From Patescibacteria group bacterium (lineage in GTDB: Bacteria > Patescibacteriota > Patescibacteriia > JAXHNJ01): a stretch of DNA of 64,000 nucleotides. The notes under the pieces were generated by a model. The model saw nothing but the letters and a program-made list of their open reading frames with translations. It did no database searches and was not told the origin of the DNA. Location: positions 179,166-243,165 of the forward strand of contig JAXHNJ010000002.1 in the NCBI GenBank assembly GCA_034520665.1. Direction: 5' to 3'. The translations under genes and the position numbers were made by a program. Positions within the stretch are counted from its first letter, which is position 1; each line of letters opens with the position of its first letter. Below, one piece after another: positions 39,227-49,222 of the stretch.

Positions 39227-39925
39227 CTAACGGGAAAACCGAAGCTTAAGCACCAGCCAAAGGCTTTCCAGAATCATTTTAAAATAAAACTTGGACTTTC
39301 CTTTTTCTCTGTCTTTAAAAATTATCGGGATTTCTTTAATGCGAAAGCCTTTTTTAAAAACACGGTAATTCATTTCTATCTGGAAAGCATAATTTGAAGC
39401 GTGTATTTCATGAAAATTAATATTTTCTAAAACTTCTCGCCGGAAACATTTAAAACCACCGGTACAGTCAGAAATAGGCATACCTAGTATTAAGCGAGCG
39501 TAAATACTACCCAGCCGGCTGGTTAATCGGCGCAGCAAACCAATATCATTTTTGCCCCATTTTATAAAACGTGAGCCAATGACTAAATCGGCCTTTTTTA
39601 TTTCTTTTAAAAAGTCAGGGATACGTTTAGGATTATGAGAAAAATCAGCGTCTATTTCAAAAACCGCGCTGGCTCCTTCATCCAAAGCAAACTTAAAGCC
39701 TTCCAAATAAGCGGTGCCTAAACCTAACTTGCCCAAACGATGAATAACATGGATTTTATTATTTTCTTTTTTCAATTTTTCAGCCAGCTTGCCGGTGCCA
39801 TCCGGTGAATTGTCATCAACGACTATTATCTCTAAATCTTCTATTTCTAAAGTAAAAATTTCCTGAATTAATTTTTCTAAATTATCCCTTTCATTAAATG
39901 TGGGAATGATAACAGCTATATTCAT
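39227..39925 (-). CDS. Family 2 glycosyltransferase, polyprenol-phosphate (DPM1-like) mannosyl/glucosyl transferase
   Basis: MNIAVIIPTFNERDNL...IIVVDDNSPDGTGKLAEKL carries the GT2 DxD region. It is DPM1-like at 232 aa. Confidence 0.85.
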   Translation of the reverse strand: MNIAVIIPTFNERDNLEKLIQEIFTLEIEDLEIIVVDDNSPDGTGKLAEKLKKENNKIHVIHRLGKLGLGTAYLEGFKFALDEGASAVFEIDADFSHNPKRIPDFLKEIKKADLVIGSRFIKWGKNDIGLLRRLTSRLGSIYARLILGMPISDCTGGFKCFRREVLENINFHEIHASNYAFQIEMNYRVFKKGFRIKEIPIIFKDREKGKSKFYFKMILESLWLVLKLRFSR

Positions 39926-40049
39926 AACTAATATTAATTATAAGTAATATTTATTATAGCATATAATTATAAAGAAAAATAAGAAAATATGGTTGACTTA
40001 ATTTCTATTTATAATTATAATTTAGCTAAAGAAAGGAGATTTTCATTTC

Positions 40050-41210
40050 GTGTCTATGATTGATGATTTGGAAAAAAGAGAACAAAACTCAAAAAAACCC
40101 CCAAATCTTGTAAATAAAAAAATAAAGAAGAAGAAAAATCATCCCGCACTAAGATACTGGGGAAAGATTGTTTTAGTTTTAACTATTGCTTTATTAATAG
40201 TTGGTCTTTCTTTATCTTTTAAAATAATTTCTTCAGTTAGCTCACATTCAGGCGGCGTTGACGGAGAAAAAATATCAGTTTTTCAGCAAATCGGTAACTT
40301 ACTTTCCAATCAGGGAGAAAAATTAAAAGGTGAAGAAAATGATCGAATAAATATATTACTGATGGGTATGGGCGGCTATGGTCACCAAGGCTCGCTTTTA
40401 ACTGACACTATTATCTTAGCCAGCTTTAAACCCTCTACTAAACAAATAGCTCTGCTTTCTATTCCCCGCGATCTAGCTGTAGAATATCCCGGAGATTATT
40501 ACTGGCGCAAAATAAATAATTCCTTAGCCTTTGGCCGCGATATGGCCTACCCGGGCGGAGGAGAAGCTCTGGCTAATGATTTAGTAGAACAAGTCACCGG
40601 CCAAAAAATACACTACTATGGTTTGATTGACTTTACCGGTTTTGAACAAATTATTAATGGATTAGGTGGTATTAAAATTAATGTAGAAACGAGCTTTACT
40701 GATTATTCCTACCCCACTTCTGATTATGGCTATCAAACACTTTCTTTTTCGGCTGGTGAACAAATGATGGACGGAGCCACTGCTTTAAAGTTTGTTCGTT
40801 CAAGACACGGTACTAATGGTGAAGGTTCCGATTTTGCTCGGGCTAAAAGACAGCAAAAAATAATAATTGCCCTTAAAAATAAAATAACTTCCTTTTCTAC
40901 ACTAATCAGCCCGAAAAAAATTGCCGAGATATTAAATACCTTAGGCGGCCATACAAAAACTGACCTGGAAATTTGGGAAATGCTAAGGCTTTATAAACTA
41001 ACTCAAAGTACAGGGCAAGAAAATTTTAAATCAATAGTCCTTGATAACGCTGCTGATGGTTTACTGGAAACCGAAACCGGTATTAACGGAGCTTATATCT
41101 TAGTACCCCAGGCTGATAATTTTTCTCAGATACATGAATTCTGTGAAAATATTTTTCAAAAAAAACAAAAAATAGAAGAAGATAGTGCACAAATTAGCCT
41201 GCAAAAATAA
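40050..41210 (+). CDS. LytR-CpsA-Psr (LCP) family cell-envelope phosphotransferase
   Basis: N-terminal TM, ...INILLMGMGGYGHQGSLLTDTIILASFKP...LLSIPRDLAV... is the LCP domain signature. An AAGGAG RBS lies upstream. Confidence 0.85.
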   Translation: MSMIDDLEKREQNSKKPPNLVNKKIKKKKNHPALRYWGKIVLVLTIALLIVGLSLSFKIISSVSSHSGGVDGEKISVFQQIGNLLSNQGEKLKGEENDRINILLMGMGGYGHQGSLLTDTIILASFKPSTKQIALLSIPRDLAVEYPGDYYWRKINNSLAFGRDMAYPGGGEALANDLVEQVTGQKIHYYGLIDFTGFEQIINGLGGIKINVETSFTDYSYPTSDYGYQTLSFSAGEQMMDGATALKFVRSRHGTNGEGSDFARAKRQQKIIIALKNKITSFSTLISPKKIAEILNTLGGHTKTDLEIWEMLRLYKLTQSTGQENFKSIVLDNAADGLLETETGINGAYILVPQADNFSQIHEFCENIFQKKQKIEEDSAQISLQK

Positions 41211-41240
41211 CATTAATTACCATAATCTATTGCTGATATT

Positions 41241-41768
41241 ATGAAATTGATTGTCGGACTGGGTAATCCCGGTAAAAAATACAAAAACAACCGCCATAAT
41301 CTTGGATTTATGGTCATTGATGCTTTGGCCGAAGATTTCAAGGAAAAATTAAAGCACTGTAAACGTACAAACTCAAAACGCACCAAAGTAAAAATACGAA
41401 ACAAAGAAATAATGCTAGCCAAACCTCAAACTTTTATAAATAATTCCGGCTTAGCGGTAAAAAAAATAATTAATTATTATAAAATAAAACCTCAAGATGT
41501 CTGGATAATTTTTGATGATATTGACCTGCCTTTGGGAAAAATAAGAATTCGCTACCAAGGGTCAAGTGGCGGTCATAAGGGTCTAGCCTCAATTATTGAA
41601 AATTTAAAGACAGATCATTTTAACCGCTTGCGTGTCGGTATTGGTTCTAACCGAGAAAAAAATATACCGGCCGAAAAATACGTTCTCCAAAATTTTAAAA
41701 AAAATGAAATAAAAACTATCAATCAAACTATCAAAGAAGTGGTAGAAATATTAAAAAAAGAAATATAA
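41241..41768 (+). CDS. pth: Peptidyl-tRNA hydrolase
   Basis: MKLIVGLGNPGKKYKNNRHNLGF is the Pth N-terminal signature. Confidence 0.95.
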   Translation: MKLIVGLGNPGKKYKNNRHNLGFMVIDALAEDFKEKLKHCKRTNSKRTKVKIRNKEIMLAKPQTFINNSGLAVKKIINYYKIKPQDVWIIFDDIDLPLGKIRIRYQGSSGGHKGLASIIENLKTDHFNRLRVGIGSNREKNIPAEKYVLQNFKKNEIKTINQTIKEVVEILKKEI

Positions 41769-41785
41769 AAAAACTTGCTTCAAAA

Positions 41786-41893
41786 TTACTACCTACAAGC
41801 TTAAAGTCCGGCTCCAAAGGGAACAAAACCTTAACTTGAGGCTACAAGCGATTAGGAGGGGGCACCGCCTGGTTACCACTTGTAGGTAGTAGC
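41786..41893 (+). ncRNA. Candidate structured RNA / regulatory element: a 12-13-bp terminal stem enclosing ~80 nt, with a duplicated CTACAAGC segment allowing alternative pairing
   Basis: tactacctacaagc (41787-41800) pairs with cttgtaggtagtag (41879-41892). An internal second copy, ggctacaagcg, could pair with the same 3' arm instead. There is no U-tract, so it is not a canonical terminator. Confidence 0.3.
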
Positions 41894-42043
41894 CTTAAAA
41901 CAAGTCTTATAAAAATATAATTATTATTTATAGGTTCGATAGGACACCTTATCATATATTTTGTTATATGTCAAGTATTTTTTAAAAATAAAATGATAAA
42001 TTAAGCTAATATTAGCTGATTATAGCTAAATTAATAAAAACTT

Positions 42044-45000
42044 TTGAAAAAAGAAAAGCTAGAAAAATCCCTGCAAAAGGTTAAAAAAACAAAATCATCC
42101 AAAAAAATAAAGATCTCTGGCCTCTCCAATCAAAGTGCCAAAGCTTTATTTGTTTTGGCTCTTTTTTCATATTTTAATAAAAACAATCTCTTTTGGCTGG
42201 TTAAAAATGAAAAAGAAAAAGAAGAAATAATGGAGAATTTACAATATTTTCAGGAAGAAGATAAATTCGATAAGAAAATAAAGGCCTTTAATCTCTATTC
42301 CATTAGCGGTAAACTGCTCTTCTTTCTGGAAAAAAATAACCCAAGCATATTTTTAGGCACTATAGAAGACTTTAATAAAGAAGTGCCAACAAAAGAAAAA
42401 TATCAGGAAAATATTATTTCTTTAGAAAAAGGACAAAAATTAAGTCCGGCTAAAATCTCACAACAATTAATAAAAATGGGTTACCAATTTGACCGTTTTG
42501 CTGCCGCCCCTGGATTTTTCAGCCGGCAAGGCAGTGTGGTCAGTATTTATACTGAAAATTACTCTTACCCTCAAAGAATTGAATTAAGTGATCAGAAAAT
42601 AGAAAAAATTCAATCCTTTAATGCCAAAAATAAAAAAATAATAAAGAAAAAATCTAAAATAAAGATAATCCCGGCTAATCTAGAATTTATAAAAAAAGAA
42701 ATCAAACTTCACCAGTATTTGAGAAATTTGGATAATAAAAAAAATATTTTAATCAGCAGTGATCCTGATGAAGAAAGTAATATATTTGAAAAATTAAAAT
42801 TTTTAGAAAAAATATTATTCTATACTCTAGAAAAAGAAAAATATATTAAGCTTGATTTTTCAGCACCACCCTATTTCCACAAAAACTTCAAGAAAGCCGC
42901 TGAGGAATTAAGATTACGAAAAAAAGAGAAATATCACATAGTCATAGCCACAAAAAATAAAAAAGCTATAAAAGAATTTTTCAAAAGATACAATTTAAAG
43001 AATATAAATATAAAAAGTCTTCCTTCGAACAAAATAGAAGGTTTTATAAGCCCACAAAACAAAGTGCTTTTTTTAACTGACAAGGAAATTTTCGGAGAGC
43101 AGCAGGATAAAAATGAATTTAAAAGAAGAAAAACCAGTTTTGATTTGATTTACGAATTAAAACCTAATGACTATGTGGTTCATATGGACCATGGCATTGG
43201 GCGTTTTTTAGGTATAGTTAAAAGAAAAATTAATAATCATTATAAAGAATATTTTTCCCTAGCTTATGCTGAAAATGATAAACTTTTTGTACCAGTAGAA
43301 AACGCCGATAAAATAACCAAATATATCGGCGAGGCTCGGCCAAAATTACACCGCTTATCAAGTACTTCTTGGCTACAAACTACTAATAAAATTAAAAAAT
43401 CAGCCGAAAAAACCGCCCGTCAGCTCATTAAGCTCTATGCGGCCAGAGAAACGGCCAAAGCTATTCCACTTAAAGAATATCCGCCAGAAGAAAAAGAGTT
43501 GGAAATTAGTTTTGAGCATAAAGAAACTCCGGATCAAGCCAAAGTCATCTCAGAAGTCCTGGAAGATTTAAGTAAAAATAAACCAACCGACCGTCTAATT
43601 TGCGGTGATGTTGGTTTTGGCAAAACTGAAGTGGCCGTCCGAGCCGCTTATCGGGCTTTTTTAAACCATAAACAAACAGCCCTTCTCTGCCCGACCACTC
43701 TTTTAACTCAACAACACTATGACACTTTTAAAGAGCGCTTGGATAAACTTGGTTTAAAAATTGCTCTTTTAAGCCGTGTTCAGACACCAAGTCAGCAAAA
43801 GGAAATACTAACAAAATTAAAAACCGGTTTAATTGATATTATTATTGGCACTCACCGACTTCTTTCTCAAGACATAAAATTTAAAGATTTAGCTTTAATC
43901 ATTATTGACGAAGAACAAAGATTCGGGGTTAAAGACAAAGAAAGATTAAAATCCTTCCGTGAAGAAGCCCACGTCCTCACGCTTTCTGCTACTCCCATCC
44001 CCAGGACTCTAAATTTTTCCCTTACTGGTCTTAGAGATATCTCTATTATTAAAACTCCTCCCCAGGGTCGAAAAACCGTGGAAACCCATATCATACCTTT
44101 TTCTGAAAAAACTATAAGTCAAGCCATAAAAAAAGAAATGGCCAGAAAAGGGCAAGTCTATTACCTGCATAATCGCGTAGAAACTATTGCTCTAAAGGCT
44201 AAACATATAAAAAAACTTATTCCCAAAGCCCGCATCGGTATTGCTCATGGACAACTGATAGAAAAAGAACTTATGGAAGCTATGAAAAATTTTGATAACC
44301 GAAAAACTGATGTTTTGATTTGTTCCACTATTATTGAAAATGGTCTGGATTTACCTAATGCCAATACTTTAATTGTGGAAAACTCTACTCGTTTTGGCCT
44401 GGGTGATTTATATCAGTTGCGAGGACGTATCGGGCGCTCCGAAAAAAAGGCTTATGCCTACTTTCTTTATAACTCTAGAAAATTAAATAGCCGGGCCAGA
44501 AAAAGACTGGGAGCCCTTTTACAGGCTAAGCAGCTCGGTTCTGGTTTTCAATTAGCCCTGCGAGATCTTCAAATCAGGGGCTCAGGCAATATATTAGGTC
44601 ATAAACAATCCGGTCATATTAAAGCTATTGGTCTTAACCTTTATGTTCGACTTTTAAATCAGGCTATTGAAGAAGCTAAAACCGGCAAAAAACAAAATGT
44701 ATACCGGGACGTTATAATTGACCTGCCTTTGGATATCAGTATTCCTGATTATGTTATTTCTCAGCAGGCTAAAAGACTTAAGGTTTATCAGGAAATGGCT
44801 AATTTTTTGAGTGTCAAAGAATTAGAAGACTATCGGCGTAAATTTAAAAAGAAATACGAGCAAGAACCTCAGGAAGTAAAAAATCTTTTTGCTATGCTTA
44901 AGCTTAAAATAACGGCCCAAAAAGTTGGCATTACTCATATTTCTCATTCAAAAATAAATATTAGCGGTGAGTCAAAAGAAAAAATTACTCTCACTTTTTC

Positions 45001-45148
45001 TCATAAAATAAATCCAGATAAACTCAAAAATTTACTGGAAAAAAATAAAAACTGGGATTTTACTGAAGAACAAATAAAGATTGAAAAAAATGATCTGGGG
45101 GAAAAATGGTTGTCAAATTTAACCAAGTGTGTTAGAGTATTTACATAG
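42044..45148 (+). CDS. mfd: Transcription-repair coupling factor
   Basis: TTG start. ...LICGDVGFGKTEVAVRAAY... is Walker A of the RecG-like helicase, followed by DEEQRFG, a C-terminal TRCF domain and a D2-like region, over 1034 aa. Confidence 0.9.
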   Translation: MKKEKLEKSLQKVKKTKSSKKIKISGLSNQSAKALFVLALFSYFNKNNLFWLVKNEKEKEEIMENLQYFQEEDKFDKKIKAFNLYSISGKLLFFLEKNNPSIFLGTIEDFNKEVPTKEKYQENIISLEKGQKLSPAKISQQLIKMGYQFDRFAAAPGFFSRQGSVVSIYTENYSYPQRIELSDQKIEKIQSFNAKNKKIIKKKSKIKIIPANLEFIKKEIKLHQYLRNLDNKKNILISSDPDEESNIFEKLKFLEKILFYTLEKEKYIKLDFSAPPYFHKNFKKAAEELRLRKKEKYHIVIATKNKKAIKEFFKRYNLKNINIKSLPSNKIEGFISPQNKVLFLTDKEIFGEQQDKNEFKRRKTSFDLIYELKPNDYVVHMDHGIGRFLGIVKRKINNHYKEYFSLAYAENDKLFVPVENADKITKYIGEARPKLHRLSSTSWLQTTNKIKKSAEKTARQLIKLYAARETAKAIPLKEYPPEEKELEISFEHKETPDQAKVISEVLEDLSKNKPTDRLICGDVGFGKTEVAVRAAYRAFLNHKQTALLCPTTLLTQQHYDTFKERLDKLGLKIALLSRVQTPSQQKEILTKLKTGLIDIIIGTHRLLSQDIKFKDLALIIIDEEQRFGVKDKERLKSFREEAHVLTLSATPIPRTLNFSLTGLRDISIIKTPPQGRKTVETHIIPFSEKTISQAIKKEMARKGQVYYLHNRVETIALKAKHIKKLIPKARIGIAHGQLIEKELMEAMKNFDNRKTDVLICSTIIENGLDLPNANTLIVENSTRFGLGDLYQLRGRIGRSEKKAYAYFLYNSRKLNSRARKRLGALLQAKQLGSGFQLALRDLQIRGSGNILGHKQSGHIKAIGLNLYVRLLNQAIEEAKTGKKQNVYRDVIIDLPLDISIPDYVISQQAKRLKVYQEMANFLSVKELEDYRRKFKKKYEQEPQEVKNLFAMLKLKITAQKVGITHISHSKINISGESKEKITLTFSHKINPDKLKNLLEKNKNWDFTEEQIKIEKNDLGEKWLSNLTKCVRVFT

Positions 45149-45165
45149 ACAAAAAATGTAAAGAA

Positions 45166-45193
45166 GGTGGCTAATCTCTGAGCCATTTTTTTG
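45166..45193 (+). terminator. Rho-independent terminator downstream of mfd
   Basis: TGGCT-aatctctg-AGCCA followed by TTTTTTTG. Confidence 0.6.
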
Positions 45194-45200
45194 TTTTAAT

Positions 45201-45226
45201 AAAAAAAGGGTAGATAATTTCTACCC
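45201..45226 (-). terminator. Rho-independent terminator of the 87-aa minus-strand gene. The hairpin includes its stop codon.
   Basis: On the minus strand: GGGTAGA-AATTA-TCTACCC followed by TTTTTTT. Confidence 0.6.
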
Positions 45227-45484
45227 CTTAAGGTTTAAAGAAAGCTGCTTTTCTTGAGCTTCTTTCTTCTTTTTTCTTCCCCGTAAATAACCTTTGGCCA
45301 CCCGGAAGGCTTCTCTAATATGAAACTTTCTTGGTCCATGTAATTTTCCCTCGCATTCAAAGCCAATATTCTTTAATTCTTGTTCATCTCTTACTAAAAA
45401 CTTAATAATAAATTCATCAACTCTCACTTCTAATTTAATAATTCTCCCCGCTTTTTCTTCAATCTCAAAAACCTGTCCAGTCAT
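45221..45484 (-). CDS. Hypothetical small basic protein (87 aa)
   Basis: ORF track. Convergent with mfd and with its own terminator. No recognisable motif. Confidence 0.4.
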   Translation of the reverse strand: MTGQVFEIEEKAGRIIKLEVRVDEFIIKFLVRDEQELKNIGFECEGKLHGPRKFHIREAFRVAKGYLRGRKKKKEAQEKQLSLNLKG

Positions 45485-45546
45485 TTTTCAGCTCCTTTTT
45501 TAAAAAGATCTATACTAACAACCCAGACTAACATTAAATTAATTAC

Positions 45547-46647
45547 ATGTCAAATAATAAATTAAAAAAAGAAAAAATTTACTGGCTTTTTTTTAGTTTA
45601 GTAAAAGACTTAGGGCCCAGAAAAATTATTTATCTGGATAAATTTTTTGGCTCTTTAAAAAATGCTTTTGCCAGCAGCTTTTCAAAATTAAAAAAATCAA
45701 AAATAGAAGAAAAAACTATAAATAATATTATAGAAGCCAAAAATAAAATAAATCTCAAACAAAAATTGGAATATTTAAAAAAAAGTAAAATAAAATATGT
45801 TTATTTAAAAGAAAAAAGCTACCCTCGTCTTTTAAAAGAAATTTATACTCCCCCGCCGGTGTTGTTTTATAAAGGAAACTTAAAACAGGATGAATATAAT
45901 TTAGCTATTGTCGGCACCAGAAAGACCTCTTCCTATGGCCGTCAAGTAACTGCTGAAATAGCCGGTCATTTAGCCAGTCAGGGGTTAACCATTGTTTCCG
46001 GTCTGGCTTTAGGTATTGATACCTTAGCTCATAAGGCCGCTTTAGATCATAACGGGCGCACAATCGCTGTTTTAGGTTCGGGTTTGAACAAAGTACATCC
46101 CCGATCTAATATAAGACTAGCTGAAAAAATAATAGAATCAAGAGGCTTGATTATCTCTGAATTCTCTCCCTTAACGCCTCCTTTAAAACAGAATTTTCCC
46201 CGAAGAAACCGCATTATTTCCGGGCTTTCTCTGGGTACCTTAGTAATTGAAGCTCCGAAAAAATCCGGGGCTTTAATCACCGCCCGCTACGCCCTGGAAC
46301 AAAATCGGGAAGTTTTTGCTGTACCCGGCTCAATTTACAGCCAAAATTCAGTCGGCACTAATAATATTATAAAACAAGGAGCTAAAGTAGTAACTCAAAG
46401 TGATGACTTATTAGAGGCTTTGAACCTAAAAGAAGTAAAAAAATACAGAGAAAATAAGAAAAGCCTGCCAAAAAGCCCCGAGGAGGAAAAAATAATGGGG
46501 ATACTTAAAACTGAATCACTTCATGTTGACAAAATAATTCAACATAGTAAACTAGAACCTAGCGTCGTTAATTCTACTCTGTCCCTAATGGAAATGAAGG
46601 GACTGGTTAAAAATATCGGCGGTATGATTTATACCAAAGCAAGATAA
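45547..46647 (+). CDS. dprA: DNA processing protein DprA (Smf)
   Basis: ...LAIVGTRKTSSYGRQVTAEIAGHLASQGLTIVSGLALGIDTLAHKAAL... is the DprA Rossmann-like domain. Confidence 0.9.
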   Translation: MSNNKLKKEKIYWLFFSLVKDLGPRKIIYLDKFFGSLKNAFASSFSKLKKSKIEEKTINNIIEAKNKINLKQKLEYLKKSKIKYVYLKEKSYPRLLKEIYTPPPVLFYKGNLKQDEYNLAIVGTRKTSSYGRQVTAEIAGHLASQGLTIVSGLALGIDTLAHKAALDHNGRTIAVLGSGLNKVHPRSNIRLAEKIIESRGLIISEFSPLTPPLKQNFPRRNRIISGLSLGTLVIEAPKKSGALITARYALEQNREVFAVPGSIYSQNSVGTNNIIKQGAKVVTQSDDLLEALNLKEVKKYRENKKSLPKSPEEEKIMGILKTESLHVDKIIQHSKLEPSVVNSTLSLMEMKGLVKNIGGMIYTKAR

Positions 46648-46651
46648 AATA

Positions 46652-48892
46652 ATGAGTAAAACAAAAAATAAAAATCTGGTTATTGTTGAATCACCAACTA
46701 AAGCCAAAACAATCTCCCGTTTTTTAGGGAGTGATTTTAATATTAAATCTTCCTATGGCCATTTGCGTGATTTACCTAAAAAAAAGTTAGGTATTGATAC
46801 TAAAAATAACTTTGAGCCCGAATATGTAGTCAGCCAGGATAATCAAAAAACTGTTGCCTCTTTAAAAAAAGCAGCTAAAAAAGCTAAGACTGTTTATTTT
46901 GCTACTGATGAAGACCGTGAAGGTGAAGCTATTGCCTGGCATTTGGCTCAGTTATTCAAAACTCCAGATGAGAAACTAAAAAGAATTACTTTTGATGAAA
47001 TAACTAAAGAAGCTATAAAAGAAGCCATTAAAAATCCGCGTAAGATAGATCAGAACTTAGTTGACGCCCAGCAAGCCCGCCGGGTGCTTGATCGCTTGGT
47101 TGGTTATAAACTCTCTCCTCTTCTCTGGAAAAAAGTAGCCAGAGGTTTATCAGCCGGACGAGTACAATCAGTGGCTGTACGTTTGATAGCCCAAAGAGAA
47201 GAAGAAATAGAAGAATTTAAACCAAAAGAGTATTGGGTAATTGAAGCGGTTTTTAAGAAAAAAAATGGTCAGGAAATTACCACTAAACTAGCTAAAATCA
47301 AGGGTAAATCTTTGCGTAAATTTGATCTATCAAGCCAGAAAGACGTCAATGAGGTTAAGAAAAAAATAGAAAGCGGAGAATATAAAGTAACTTTCCTAAG
47401 TCAAAAAAAGACGACCCGAAAACCAAAGCCACCCTTTACCACTTCTTCCCTTCAGCAAGAAGCTAACCGTCGTTTTGGCTATTCAGCTAAGCAAACTATG
47501 TACCTGGCTCAAAGGCTTTACGAAGGTATTGAACTAGGAGATAAAGAAGCTACTGGTTTAATCACTTACATGAGAACTGACTCACTGAATTTATCTGATA
47601 AATTCTTAAATGAATCCAGAAAATATATTGAAAGTAAAATAGGAAAGGAATACTTACCCTCAGACCCTCAACGCTATAAAACAAAATCAAAAGGAGCTCA
47701 AGAAGCACATGAAGCTATTCGACCGACTTCTGCTTTCCGTTTTCCTCAAAGTATAAAAAAGCATATTGATAAAAAACAATATAATATATACCAATTAATA
47801 TGGCAAAGAGCTGTAGCTTGTCAAATGAATCCGGCTCAAGCCGAATCTACCACTGCTCTTATTGGTAACGGAGAGGTAAGTTTTAAAGCTCGCGGGGTGA
47901 CTCTAAAATTTGATGGCTATTTAAAAATATATCCCGATAAAATAAAAGAAAATATACTGCCTCCTTTAAAAAAAGAGGAAAAACTTGATATAAATAAATT
48001 AAAACCTGAACAGAATTTTACTAAACCACCAGCCAGATATTCAGAAGCCGGACTAGTGAAAGCCTTAGAAAATAAAGGTATCGGCCGACCTTCTACCTAT
48101 GCTCCGACTATTGATACTATTCAAAAAAGAAAATATGTGGTTAAAGAAGAAAGAAGACTAAAACCAACCGATATTGGCCGGCTAGTCAATAAGGTTTTGG
48201 TCAAACATTTCCCGAATATAGTTAGTTATGAATTTACCGCTCAAATGGAAGATAAGCTGGATAAAATTGCCCAAAATAAAATAGAATGGAAACCGGTGAT
48301 AAAAAAATTCTATAAACCTTTTAAAAATAATTTAAAGAAAAAAGAAATGGAACTATCAAAAAAAGAACTGACTGAAGAAAAGTCAAAATATAAATGTGAC
48401 AAGTGCGGCCAGCCCATGGTTATAAAAATGGGCCGTTTCGGCAAATTTTTAGCCTGTAGCGGCTATCCTGATTGTCGAAATACTAAACCTTTGGATGATA
48501 AGGGCCGTATTCAAAAAAAGAAAAAAGAAGAAAAAACCGATTTAAAGTGTGATAAATGTGGTGCTCCCATGGTTAAAAAAACCGGCCGCTACGGTCCTTT
48601 CCTGGCTTGCTCAGCCTATCCTAAATGTAAAAATATAAAAAATATTGAGAAAGGCACCGGCGTCACTTGTCCTAAATGTGGTAAAGGTGAGATTGTACAA
48701 AAAAGAAGCCGCCGTGGCAAATATTTTTATGCCTGTAACCAATATCCAGATTGTAAGTTCGCTTTGTGGGCTAAACCGACCGGCCATAAATGTCCTAAAT
48801 GCGGCTCGCTTATGCTTTTTGCTAAAGATGATATGGAACAATGTTCAAATAAAGAATGCAAGCACAAGCAAGAATATAAAGAAAAAAAATAA
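46652..48892 (+). CDS. topA: DNA topoisomerase I with four C-terminal C4 zinc ribbons
   Basis: LVIVESPTKAKTISRFLG is the TOPRIM N-terminus. There are four C-terminal CxxC...CxxC modules. Confidence 0.95.
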   Translation: MSKTKNKNLVIVESPTKAKTISRFLGSDFNIKSSYGHLRDLPKKKLGIDTKNNFEPEYVVSQDNQKTVASLKKAAKKAKTVYFATDEDREGEAIAWHLAQLFKTPDEKLKRITFDEITKEAIKEAIKNPRKIDQNLVDAQQARRVLDRLVGYKLSPLLWKKVARGLSAGRVQSVAVRLIAQREEEIEEFKPKEYWVIEAVFKKKNGQEITTKLAKIKGKSLRKFDLSSQKDVNEVKKKIESGEYKVTFLSQKKTTRKPKPPFTTSSLQQEANRRFGYSAKQTMYLAQRLYEGIELGDKEATGLITYMRTDSLNLSDKFLNESRKYIESKIGKEYLPSDPQRYKTKSKGAQEAHEAIRPTSAFRFPQSIKKHIDKKQYNIYQLIWQRAVACQMNPAQAESTTALIGNGEVSFKARGVTLKFDGYLKIYPDKIKENILPPLKKEEKLDINKLKPEQNFTKPPARYSEAGLVKALENKGIGRPSTYAPTIDTIQKRKYVVKEERRLKPTDIGRLVNKVLVKHFPNIVSYEFTAQMEDKLDKIAQNKIEWKPVIKKFYKPFKNNLKKKEMELSKKELTEEKSKYKCDKCGQPMVIKMGRFGKFLACSGYPDCRNTKPLDDKGRIQKKKKEEKTDLKCDKCGAPMVKKTGRYGPFLACSAYPKCKNIKNIEKGTGVTCPKCGKGEIVQKRSRRGKYFYACNQYPDCKFALWAKPTGHKCPKCGSLMLFAKDDMEQCSNKECKHKQEYKEKK

Positions 48893-48908
48893 GTTATATA
48901 AAAAGTAA

Positions 48909-48945
48909 AAAGCCCCTTTAAATGGCCTAGGGGCTTTTATTATAA
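48909..48945 (+). terminator. Rho-independent terminator after topA
   Basis: AAAGCCCCT-ttaaatggcct-AGGGGCTTT followed by TATTAT. Confidence 0.7.
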
Positions 48946-48958
48946 CAATAAAATAAAA

Positions 48959-49084
48959 CTAACAGCTATGATCTCTTTTCGATAATCTTTCAGCGTGATG
49001 TTTTTTATCACGTCTGACAACAATAAAAGTAATTATACCAATTAATAATAGTAAAGCGCCAAGAGGGGCTAACCAGGCTAGCAT
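48959..49084 (-). CDS. Unannotated small membrane protein (41 aa): MLAWLAPLGALLLLIGIITFIVVRRDKKHHAERLSKRDHSC
   Basis: Perfect SD TAAGGAGGTGA, then a 5-nt spacer, then ATG at 49084. One TM helix, then a basic tail. It is below the length cutoff of the ORF track. Confidence 0.5.
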   Translation of the reverse strand: MLAWLAPLGALLLLIGIITFIVVRRDKKHHAERLSKRDHSC

Positions 49085-49222
49085 AGCCGTCACCTCCTTA
49101 TTTTGGTAAAGTTCGAATTAGAGTCTATATTTATTTATCCTTTGAATATAGCTTACTAATATATTATATTCTTCCAAAAATGTCAAAAAAATTCTTTAAT
49201 TAGATTTTATCTATATTAACTA

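Noticed and set aside
39071-39397. 108-aa plus-strand ORF
   Set aside because: Overlaps the 3' end of the well-supported GT2 gene on the opposite strand and extends into AT-rich non-coding DNA.
41786-41893. Long stem-loop after pth considered as an intrinsic terminator
   Set aside because: No U-tract follows the stem. It is retained as a possible regulatory or ncRNA element instead.
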